Shown here: one piece after another, positions 26,704 to 36,805 of the stretch
Layout of the letters: each line of letters opens with the position of its first letter
Numbering within the stretch: the first letter of the stretch is position 1
Assembly: GCF_000143415.4 (NCBI RefSeq)
Contig: NW_003314464.1
Span: 1 to 60,688, forward strand
From: Selaginella moellendorffii
Taxonomy: Eukaryota > Plantae > Lycopodiophyta
Reading direction: 5' to 3'
DNA: 60,688 nucleotides
Program-made: the position numbers and the translations under genes
The notes under the pieces: model-generated
What the model saw: only the letters and a program-made list of their open reading frames with translations
The model's database searches: none
What the model was told of the DNA's origin: nothing

Positions 26704-29700
26704 CGAGCCTTCACCTCGTTCAAGGCCTTCCAGAACTTGTGATAGGATTCGGAGTCGTAGATTATATAGTGGACTGAAGATTCCACCTCCGCAAGTCCCA
26801 CCATTAAGTCAATGATGGAGCTGACTTCGTCTGCATGAGTGATCTCCTCGTTTGTGAAGTCCATCACACAAAAGATGTTCTTGACCTGCTCATCTCCGCG
26901 GGAAACGATGCTCCTCCACCTTTAATCCTCATCCAAATTCACGTATACCCAGTAAGGTTCTGGATAGGCCTCTGCTGTGGGGTCGAGCTGTTTCTGAAGC
27001 CGGCGGTCAACATCCCTCTTAATGAAATTTGGATACTGATCCAACTTCTCAGCTTTACTTTTCGTGGCATCCCGCAGCAGATCGATGAACTTGGGGGCCC
27101 CCTTCACGTACTCGTCGATGTCTTCATTTGACAACTCCAGCTCTTCCATCATCTCTTGCGTGGTGTCGATGCTCACCCTCTCCACGGCCACTTGCTCGAA
27201 GATCCAATCCTTCAATAGCGCACGAGCTCTCAGAGTCGTGCACAAGTCCTCGTATGTCATAATATGGCCGGGAGTCATTTTGGTCTTGTTGAAGACTACC
27301 TTACCACGTAGAAGAGCATTAGCCACTGTTAAAAGGTCGTCGTCGTCTAGAGACCGCGAGAAACGCAAGGCGTTGAGCTTCAAATCATTGGGCTTCCGGC
27401 CGTCCTCCACACCCATTGAGTTTAGCAACTCCCCGTTATGGTACCTCCTCAGCACATCTACCCATTTGTCAAAAACAACTTTTGTCGCGAGTAGAATGTT
27501 ATGGATGCTAAGTGTGTCATTGACCCCCACTGTTTTCGAGAGAAGACTCGAGAATTCCTGCAATGGAAATGGCGTGAGGCCACATGCTATGCCACATGCA
27601 ACGAGGCTTACCTGCCAGGTGCTAGTTGCTAGTGCACGTCCTTGTCCTGGTTTTTGTGGCTTCTTCAGTTGAACTCAGAGCTTCCGTATTCGTGCCAATG
27701 TCTCGTGCAGACCCGATTTGTAGCACGTTTCTTGCTTGACATTCTGCGCATGGGAGATGTATATGATAGATCGGAGGGGTGAGTTGCCTTTTATCAGGCG
27801 GACAACTCTTGTCTTGAAGACTTTCTTCACCTCCTCGCCCACCATAATATCCACAACTATCTTTTGCATCGCCAAGCTAGAATGCTGCCCGGAGACGGCA
27901 TAGAACCGGATGTTCTGATCGTCCAACACCTTCCTATTGATCAAGTCTGGAAACCTCGTCTCGCCCTTCATTGTTCGGTAGTAGGGGATCACGTCTACGA
28001 TGTCGGGTGTTACTGGCCTTGCCAGCATCTTCTGCTTCAGTTTCTCCACCCACTCATCAGATACTAGCCTGTGGTTGTATTTGCTTTGGATGTCGATACG
28101 GCTCACGTCGATTGTATATACTTTGTTGGAATAGTAACAAGTACTATTATCTGCGACGATTTTTGCTGCCTCTTCTTGCTCTTTCTGCTCTTTGCAACTC
28201 TTCTTTTTGGTGGGTGTAGTGTTCGAACCCGAGGCAATGGCATCACCGAGTAGCTTCTTTTTTGGAGCAGGAGAGTCGGACGTCGGCTTGAGCTTGACCA
28301 CCCTTTTCTGCTTCGGGGTAGTTTCCAGATCGACCCCCTTCCCCTTCGCTTCACGAACTCGAGGCACTCTCAACAGCTCAATGTTGGAATATAGTTTTTG
28401 AACATCGCCGTAGGTGAGGTCCGTGGATTCCATGTGATCTTCATAGACCCGCAGTGTCTTTGAAATTGTGGGCCTCCTGGACAACCTCTCCCTAGCTCCC
28501 TCTAGGAGTTCCTCATAGCCGCTGCCCCCCTCCGGGAAGCCGCTAGGATGTGCAAGGTGGATCTTGAAGGCGGACGCTGTCTCTACCACAAGTGCCAGTC
28601 CATATTCTTGCATGGAACTGCATGGAGTGTCTGTCACTTGGATAAGGATCCCCATGCATTCTTTTCTCCCACCATCTGTGTTGTACAGCCTCAGATCCTC
28701 GTCTTCCATCCCGAAAGTCCAACTGGTGAGCTCCTCCCCCTTCTCTGCATCCACATTGATAGTGGCTGGAAGAAGAACGCAATTCCTCGCCTGTTCAGAA
28801 ATGCACAACAATTAGAGCTGACAGATGAAAAGCTAGCAGCTAGAAAAAATGTGAGGCCACACGCCATTCACCACTGCATCAGATGTCTTGAGGCTGCATC
28901 CTAAGATGGCGTGAGGCTACACGCCATCTGTAACCGGACTGCACTCGAGAGCCCAATCGGTGCATGCCAATGTTGCTACTGAATGGCATGTGGCCTCATG
29001 CCATTTTCTACTTGGCCTAAAAGACTTACCATTTGAAGCCGAATGGAGGCGTGACAACCGGACTCGTTGGCGAATGTGCACTGTGTGTGCAGCGGATCGT
29101 AGCAGCAAGGCTACTCTGCCACTTACAGTTGGAGAGTGGCGCTGAAATCTCCCGGGACGCCAAGTGGGCTGCGTGTGGGTGGCGGAGTGGGCGGCGGAGT
29201 TGGCGGTGAAGTTACAAACTAGGTGTGTCTTGAAGTGGACGCCGATGCACACGAGCGCGATGCGAGCGCGAGTGTGATGCAAGCGCGAGTGGATGCCGAT
29301 GCACACGAGAAACCTGTAGAGAAGGTAGATGAGCGCCAATGTGAGCGTGATCGCGAGTGGGAGCGCGATGCGAGCATGAGTACGAAGCAAAATGCAAACC
29401 CTAACCTCACACGCGCGAAATGTCACGACGGTTGGTAATCCCACAACGTCATCATTTCTCGGACTTGGGCGCCACCATTAATTTCTGTATCGCCGCGCGT
29501 ATGCATGCACGTGAAATCCAAAAGAAATCCGCAACGTCATCATTCCTCAGACTGCATGCACGCAAAATCCAAAAGAAAGATCATGATTGGGATATCATTT
29601 AATACCCTCGCTATATTTATACCATGCATGATTGGATATTCCAAAGCATCTTGTATTTCCAAAAATGCCAGATGTTCAGCTAAATAAAGAATGGTATACA

Positions 29701-30057
29701 ATGTCCTTCTTGATGACCCTGCAAAGAAGCATCTCGATCAGACACCACATGAGACCACACGAGCCTTACAATGTTTCAGGGGCATTTGCCATAGATCCGA
29801 CCGTTATTTTGCTCCAAGATTCTACAGTTTGGTGTGCATTGACCTTTCCATCAACACTGCAAAGGGACATCACAATCAGATGCGGGATCACAAGAAACTA
29901 ACTTCACTAACTCTGGTTTCACCAAGATCTACGTAAGGAGTTATGAAATGAAAGGACCCTCTCTATTGAAATGTGTTTATGGTCCTAGGGGCATTGTGAC
30001 ATATCATGGATTTTGCATCAAGTTCTGTATTTGCATGTTTATCAAGCTACTGAATTG

Positions 30058-30083
30058 CTAAACCCTAAACCCTAAACCCTAAA
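30058..30083 (+). promoter_or_regulatory. Plant telomere-type (AAACCCT)n / telo-box array between the divergent genes
   Basis: CTAAACCCTAAACCCTAAACCCTAAA. Confidence 0.6.
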
Positions 30084-31205
30084 CATGTGGCAAATGCTGC
30101 ATGAAGAAAGATGCCCTTTCTAGGCAAATGCTGTAAGAGGCAGATGCCGAGCAGATGTATCTCAAGTTAGCGAAGGGGACAAACAAAAGCTAGCTATAAA
30201 CATGACGGGACGCAAATAGATTACTAGGCTGGTCCTGCGAAAATCAAAAACCATAATTGAAAACATTGAAACTGCAAAACGAAAGGTTTATAATATTTTT
30301 GAATTTTAAGCAACCAAAGGAATGTAAGTAGGGCATGTGTTTGTAAGTTTAAAAATGCCTCAACCACTTAAATTCCCAAGTAAATAAAGTTGTTTCTATT
30401 TTTGGTACAGGTAAACTTTATAGCGTGTGGGCTCATGCAATTTTGAACCCAAAAATGCACCAAAAAATGCTTGACTAGCATTATTCTTTGAATGGCGTGT
30501 GGCCTTATATTGCCATAAATGGACGTACACACACAGCATAATTATTCCTTTACACGGCGAATAATCTTGGCGCGGATCGCTGACATGGCATGGCAAAGTT
30601 CGAATCACTGACATGGCACAGCTGGATCGAGGCAAGGACATGATGTGACAAAGTTCAACCTCCGACAGCAAAGTCTAGAAGCTACTCAGTTTGAAATTTG
30701 TCAGAGGAATCATAAGATCTGGTTTGTCAGAGGATTTGATGTGACGTTCAAGCGTGTGTTATTTTTGAATTCTCGAACTCATTCCTAGGTCTATCATTTT
30801 TGTGCGCCGTGTTCTTGGTTTCGCTGAGTGCAGTGAGCGCTACTTGTGTAAGCGGCGTTGTGAGCTGTGGTTTATGCGTCTACGAGCGGTTGCGGCATTG
30901 CGAGCGCCATTGCGAGCGGCAGTTTATGCGAGTGGCAGTTTGTGCGAGCGGCGCTACGAGCAGTTGCGGTGTTGCGAGTGGCACTACAAGTAGTTGCGGT
31001 GTTGCGAGCGGCACTGTCTTTGGTGTGGCTACCGCTTCCTCTTGATATTCGGCACTTGTGCTTCCTGGTATGTTCACCATGGAATGGCTTAGGACCACAT
31101 TTAGAAATGGCATGAGGCCACATGCCATCTTGGGCCCTTGCAATTTCATGGCTAGCGTATTGTCATGTATGTTTTTACTTGCCTGCAGCTGTGTGTATAT
31201 CAAGA

Positions 31206-31395
31206 TGGCATGAGGCCTCATGCCATCTTTGACCCCTGCTAGCCTATTGCCATATTCCTTTTGCCTTGCTGCAACTGTATATATTTTTGTACGGGTGACT
31301 AGTCACACACACAAAAATATATACAGTTGCAGCAAGGCAAAAGGAATATAGCAACAGGCTAGCAGGGGCCAAAGATAGCGTGAGGCCTCATGCCA
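31206..31395. repeat. ~190-bp near-perfect foldback upstream of the transposase
   Basis: Arms are symmetric about 31300/31301 (centre GTGACTAGTCAC); each arm ends in a 22-bp palindrome copy. Confidence 0.9.
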
Positions 31396-31548
31396 ATTTT
31401 GTGAATGCGAAATTTCACGTGGGTGTCAATAGCATGTTTGAATAATGGCATGTGGCCTCATGCTATTGAGGTTGTTTGGTATGTTATGATTTAGCCCATT
31501 CTCCAATCATTTTTTGTATGGTCTTAACTTCTTTTCTGCACTTTCAAA

Positions 31549-34446
31549 ATGGCCTCCGCAAGTGCGACGCATGTTCCCTCCGTGGATATTAAGAACCGTG
31601 CTACATGGATTCAGGTAAAGGTGTTTCTAAACAACCCCGAGGGGGAGGTGGTAGCTGAGGGCTTAGCCACAGTTGTCGATCCAAGAGATGCGGTTGCTAA
31701 TCAAGAATTGGGCTGGGATGATATTGGAGTTGTGATTTTAGAGGTTGTTGACACAGAAGAAAACAGTCTGACTATTGGAAGCATTGTGCGGTGGAAATTG
31801 AGGCACTTAGTGTTTGAGAATGTGAAGGATTCACAATCAAACACCACTACAATTGATGACAGAACATCTCTTCATGGGAAAAGAAAGTACACCTTTCTAA
31901 AGCGCAGCCAAAGGGATCTGAGCAACGAACCGAAAAGGCAGAAAATGGCGATGGAGGTTCGAATGGTCTCGACAGTTGCTTGTTGCAAGAGGAGGTGCTG
32001 TCAACATGCTGATTGGGATGCTATTGAAGAGGAGAGAGCAAGATACAAGACATTGTCCTAGAAGGCAACTCGCAATTTTGTGTATGAGGCATTACAGTCA
32101 TCTGTTGATGCTTCAGAACATCAGGTGGGGGGCATGGTCTTCTAGAAGGGTTTGGTCTGCATGAAGGCATGGAGAATCATTTATGGAGTCCCTCGAACCA
32201 CATTCTATAGAATCAAAACTGAGTTCGAGGAACAAAGGGTTCAACAGGCAGTCCATGGGAACGACGGTACTCACAAAACCAGGGGTCATGTTGTATATGG
32301 AGAGGCAATCTTCAAGAGGTTTATCGAGACATGTAGCGAGCAGCAACCACATAAAACCTGCCTCTTGGAAGATGGAACTCGAGACACCCAACGAGTTCTC
32401 CCTTCCATGTATACCAAGGGGGCCATATTGGAAGATGTGAATCGGGAACTCTAGAGTAATGGCTACAGGAAGTTGAGCCAATCTAGATTTAGTAGATTGT
32501 GGAGCAACAGGTTCAGGGATGTGAGTATAGGAAAGTACTCCAGCTTTTCAAATTGTGACGAGTGCACTGCTATCAAAATGGCTTTGTCGAAGAATTCTTG
32601 CATCGCTCAAGAGCGAGAGACGTTGGTTAGAAGGCGGCTTGACCACAACATCGAGTAGAGAAGCTGCAAGACTGCATATTATCATAACAGGATTCTCTCC
32701 ATGGAGAGACCTGACTCTTACCTCTGCATCATCCACGACAAAATGGACTAGAAAAAGACGTGCTTACCTCGACTCAATCCTGCCCCCAAGGCAATCTCTT
32801 CATCCATGCAGCTGCCTGTGTCTCTGTTTGGCATAATCGCTCATGGGCATGGTGCCCAAAACTATGGGAACTTCTTTGTACCTCTATGGGGTGGCGGGGG
32901 TGCAAACATGATGATTGCGTCCTAGCAAAACACTTAAGGTCTCTGCAAAGTGCGCAGACTGAGCTGAACGGCCAACCCTTGCATAAGGCCCTTGTCGATC
33001 GAACCCCATACGGGGTTCAGCTGGAGGAGGAGCAAAGGCTTGCAGTATTGCGTAGGGCCCCATGCCATCCCAGTGAATATGTTGGCCGTCAGATTGTAGG
33101 GTTATCACGTGAGGCCTCATGCCATTCCGACGAGGCTGGTCGCCCGGTGAATGCACAGCCTCATCCAAACGAAGCAGAATCTCAAGGAAGTTCTTGCAGC
33201 CAATGTGGCCTTCCACCCCATCTTCTGCTCCAAACAGACAATGCTGGCAGTGAGAACAAAAACATGTACGTCTTCGCGTACTTGGCGATGCTTGTTGCCA
33301 AAGGCATATTTGAAACGGTTACACTTGGCTTTCTCATGGTTGGGCACACTCATGAAGACGTCGATGCCATGTTCAGTCACCTGGCAGAGTCCCTCCGGCG
33401 ATCCAATGTCCTCACCCTCCCACAACTCTACGATGAATTCCAAAATTGCATCAAAGGCATTGTTGAAGCTACACTTGTGACAGAGGTTCCAGACTTTAAG
33501 GGGTTTGTAAGAGGCTACATTAGGGACGGATCTGAAATGCTGATTGGCCACTCCAAGCCTCTTCAATTTTATTTCAGCATGCGTGACGGTGCTCCAGTGA
33601 TGAGGTACAAGATGAGAGAATGGGACACAGTGTGGCTGCCAGTGGACGGCATTGAACTCTTCAAGAGAGATCCCATAACTGGGGAACCTATGATTCCTCA
33701 GGGTTCCCCACGGCCGATGCACCCGGATGGACTCAAAGACCAAGAAAGTATAGTGGCCGGGATTAGACAACATATTGCCTTCTGGAAGAGGGGGTTGGTG
33801 TATTGTGGAGAATCCTATTTTAAGAGGTGCAAGCCTTTGCTCGAATACTGGGAGAAGATTATATCTGCTATCCAAAATGGGCCGGTTGTATATGAAGAAT
33901 TGGAAGAGTCCTTTTGGCCAGAACCCAGAGCACCAGATAGTAGCAGAACAATGTCCTCTGGAAATGCAGTGACAGATAACGATGTTGAGGATCACTATTG
34001 TGGGCCGAGGAACAAGAAGCCGAATTCAGCATTCAATCCAATACAAGTCTGCAAAGGAATGGTCGTGCTTGTCAGACCCAGTAATAAAAAAAAAATGATA
34101 TGGGTGGGGCGTTGCATCACTGATGCAGAGGAGGATGCGGAAACTAACTCCTTCAATGTAACTGTGGAGTGGTTCAAGCCAAGTTCTGGATATACGAAGG
34201 ATTGCCTAGAAAAGAGATGGGTGCTGAATCCAAGGGATCCTAGCATGAGCATATCGGTGGATAATGTTGTGCATGGTTGGATGCGGAAGCAGAGTGCCAC
34301 CATCACCTTGCCAGACCATGCAAGAGATGCAGCAAGAGCATTCATAACCCGGGTTCAAGGTGAGATTCATTAATATTCCTTTACTAAGTTTCTAATGTAT
34401 TTTATTTCAAGGTGAACAATCCGAATCTGAATCAGAGGAGGCGTGA
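31549..34446 (+). pseudogene. DDE transposase, Sola/DUF7869-like, with a TNP1/En-Spm-like N-terminus and a BAH/Tudor-like C-terminus
   Basis: One frame from ATG 31549: VAEGL...DP...LG...W; CCKRRCC; VCMKAW...YG; HGN; FSNCDEC...H; LCIIHDKMD. Frameshift at ~32910, then LLLQTDNAGSENKN and FLMVGHTHEDVDAMFS. C-terminus VLVRP...IWVGR...VEWFKP. Last intron 34360-34411, stop at 34446. Five in-frame TAG stops. Confidence 0.85.
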
Positions 34447-35076
34447 TGGCATGTGGCCTTACGCCATTCCTAGGTGAGATGATACAAATAACAAGTATAA
34501 ATTCTTAGTTGTTCTAGCAAATCTTACTTAAAGTTCAAGGTGAACAAGCCGAATATGAATTCATCGGATTGTTATAACAAATTGCGAGGTGATGGCATGA
34601 GGCGATACGCCATTTGAGAGTGGTAGCCATTCCTATATGAGGTGAGTGAAATATTTATTAGAAATACCTCATTCAATTGTGCACTTCTAAGTCTTGGTCC
34701 ACTCAATACTGTTTGCATGTTTTTATTTTAATTCTTTCTCTAAAATGTTATTTAGCATGTGGCTTCATGCCATTGCTCTCCACAATCATGCATTGAATTT
34801 TTCTATCCTTGCATAATACTTCTCCATATATATAGCATGTGCACACATATGATATGGTTCATTAGGCCTGATATAGTGTGTGAGGTAAAACAAAGATGAT
34901 GTGATACCAATCACACGTGCATAAATCTAATAATATGGCGTGTGGCCCATATTAATGGCACATAAACCCATATTGTGGGCTTACGTGCTTTATGTACCAT
35001 CATTCCCTTGCAGCATGTGTGTTGGTTTCCTTTTATAACACAACGAACTCCATATTTTAGGGTGAAGAGCGTTCTC

Positions 35077-35334
35077 ATGGCAAGCACAAAATCTGTAAGT
35101 GAGGTAAAAAAGGAGACGGAGAAGGAGATAGGTGAAGATGTAGAATATATAAGTCTTCCAAACTCCCCGTACTATACTCCAGGTGATCATTTTTCTGAAT
35201 AAACGGCAACATTAACAACTATCGAGAACGCCCCAGTAACGTCAGAGACAACAATCCAAAGCAAAACAACTGACCCAGAGAAGGATGATAGTACCGCTGA
35301 GAGTACCAAAAAGGAGGTGTCCACTAGCGCTTAG
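35077..35334 (+). pseudogene. Possible small acidic/Ser-Thr-rich ORF (85 codons, one internal TAA) inside the transposon
   Basis: MASTKSVSEVKKETEKEIGEDVEYISLPNSPYYTPG...; the frame continues through TAA at 35200 to TAG at 35334. Preceded by a TTTTAG acceptor and followed by a palindrome. Confidence 0.3.
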
Positions 35335-35969
35335 GCTTATAATGGCGTGTGCCCTCATGCCATTTACTTGATCACCAAATACCTTTTTCCCTTTGCACTA
35401 GTATATCTAATACCGGTCTGAGAAATAGAATGGCATGTGCCCTCAGGCCTTTTACTAAATCACCTTTGAAAGAAATGCAAGCCTCTATGTCGTAAAAAAA
35501 AGGTACTAGAGAAATTCCTTAATAATATGAATGTTATTTAGTTTCATGAAAATACACTTAGGGTCAAATGAGTTAAATGACTTCTCCAGACTAGCAATGC
35601 CTCTTGCTACACCTTCACAATTAGATTCATTAGAAAAAGATAATATTGAATAATATCTAAATGTTCTCACCATTAAGTTATATGTCTGGCTAATAGGAAT
35701 GACGTTCATCTTGGAAAGCTCACCACACGCTCAATGAACAAACAAATAGTGTGTGCGCGCATGCCATCGCTCTTCTTTAGCTTCAGATTCAGCTTGTTCA
35801 CCTTGACAATGAGATTTATTATACAACCAGATGGACTCAGTCTGGACACAAAGTCACCGCGCTAGTCACCATGCCCCAGATATGTCTAGCCCCTGGACAA
35901 AAAACATATAATTTCACGTCATTTTCAAATACTTGAAAATTTGTACCTAGTCCCATTTTACTGAATAAA

Positions 35970-35991
35970 TCCCACTTTAACAAAATAGAGC
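35970..35991 (-). repeat. Right terminal inverted repeat
   Basis: TCCCACTTTAACAAAATAGAGC. Confidence 0.95.
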
Positions 35992-35993
35992 AT

Positions 35994-36605
35994 ATATAAA
36001 GAAAAGACTGTGTAATGGTGAAAAGTTAATTGTGACAAAAGCTCTAAAGAGCTTTTGTAGAGAATTGTAAAAGCTCTAAACAATATTATTGAAACTAAAG
36101 TTAAACAAGGACAAGATCAAGGAAAAAGGGTATTACTACCTAGAATTACTTTGAAACCAACTGAAGAAGATATGATTTTTATCTTGAAAAGATAATAATT
36201 TCTTGTAAGATTAGCATTCTCAGTGAATATTTATAAATCATAAGGACAAACTTTAGAAAATATTGGAATTTATTTACCACAAACAGTTTTTGGTCATGGA
36301 CAATTATATGTTGTACTCTCAAGAGGAACATGAAAAGAAAAAATAGTCATGTGTGCTAAAAATTATAAGAGCCAAGGACAGTTAACAATAGAAAATACTC
36401 ATAAAAGTGTAACATACATAAGAAATATTGTATATAAAGAAATTCCTTAAACTTAGAAAATGGAATTATTATACCTTTCCAGTACATAAAAAAACATTTC
36501 ATACTAATGACACACTCTAAAACAGACCAACAGTATTCATATGTACTTTTTAAAATTATGGAATAATGTACATAGCACTCCTAGCGAAGCTGGAACGTTT
36601 ACTTA
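35994..36605 (+). mobile_element. Helitron helicase C-terminus and probable degenerate 3' end (right part)
   Basis: KKRLCNGEKLIV; LPRITL; LAFSVNIYKS*GQTL...VFGHGQLYVVLSR; TRNIVYKEI. Hairpin TCCTAGCGAAGCTGGA at 36579-36594. Confidence 0.88.
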
Positions 36606-36649
36606 TACACAATTATAAGTTTTGAATTATTAATCCAATAATTACATGA

Positions 36650-36805
36650 GGTCCAAGTGTACAGCTACGATGCCATATATTAATATTGGTGGCCGTACAC
36701 TAGTATTAGCATAATGGGATTTATTAGCTGTCTAATCAGTTAATTCCAGACCACTCGCTCCTATATACAAGCTAGGGTTTTTGGGTTAATTGATATGTAC
36801 AAAAT
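36650..36805 (+). repeat. Dispersed ~160-bp repeat; other copies at ~44740-44870 (-) and ~58705-58850 (+)
   Basis: Shared CAAGTGTAC(A/G)GCTA..ATGCC.TATA...ATTAG.ATA.TGGGATTT...TAGGGTT...GATATG.ACA. Two copies lead into long AT-rich tracts; possibly the end of a non-autonomous element. Confidence 0.7.

Larger units (their letters stand above)
15176..29032 (-). pseudogene. Transposon cargo gene, 11 exons, ~1,640 aa: ParB/Srx-like, degenerate DNA-MTase-like, acidic/Pro-rich linker, FCP1/NIF-type HAD phosphatase
   Basis: Hand-spliced GT-AG model with consistent phases: 29032-29030; 28790-27612; 27557-26704 joined to 18461-17992 across the LTR insertion; 17941-17855; 17798-17727; 17677-17534; 17486-16950; 16892-16878; 16828-16721; 16673-16086; 16038-15176. 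Total 4920 nt. Three in-frame stops (27675, 26922, 17392). Motifs: YNHRLVSDEWVEKL...FYAVSGQHS; NPEKAP...VVEYNCGG..FRAALLKGVPCVAV; VFYLNGVL, VWTS, FVKP, IIDDSPIK. Confidence 0.75.
14734..35993. mobile_element. Large cargo-carrying TIR DNA transposon, Sola/DUF7869-like; ~13.0 kb without the nested LTR element
   Basis: Perfect 22-bp TIR: GCTCTATTTTGTTAAAGTGGGA at 14736-14757 and its reverse complement at 35970-35991. ATAT flanks both ends (14730-14733, 35994-35997). Removing the element restores the Helitron frame NLDI-KKRLCNG. Confidence 0.9.

Noticed and set aside
28917-29444. 175-aa minus-strand ORF as the cargo gene N-terminus
   Set aside because: It consists of GC-rich tandem repeats, and its phase at the 29029 donor does not match the phase-0 acceptor at 28791. 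The ATG directly before the donor does match.
30058-30083. Telomere or chromosome end
   Set aside because: Only about 3.5 repeats, and internal to a transposon.
32760-32910. N-terminus of the 537-aa ORF as the transposase start
   Set aside because: The conserved frame here is a different one (IIHDKMD...LPVSLFGIIAHGHG). The real start is 31549, with a frameshift near 32910.
15120-35767. Palindrome series as a CRISPR array
   Set aside because: Spacing is irregular (tens of bases to kilobases), there are no cas genes, and the context is eukaryotic and intron-containing.
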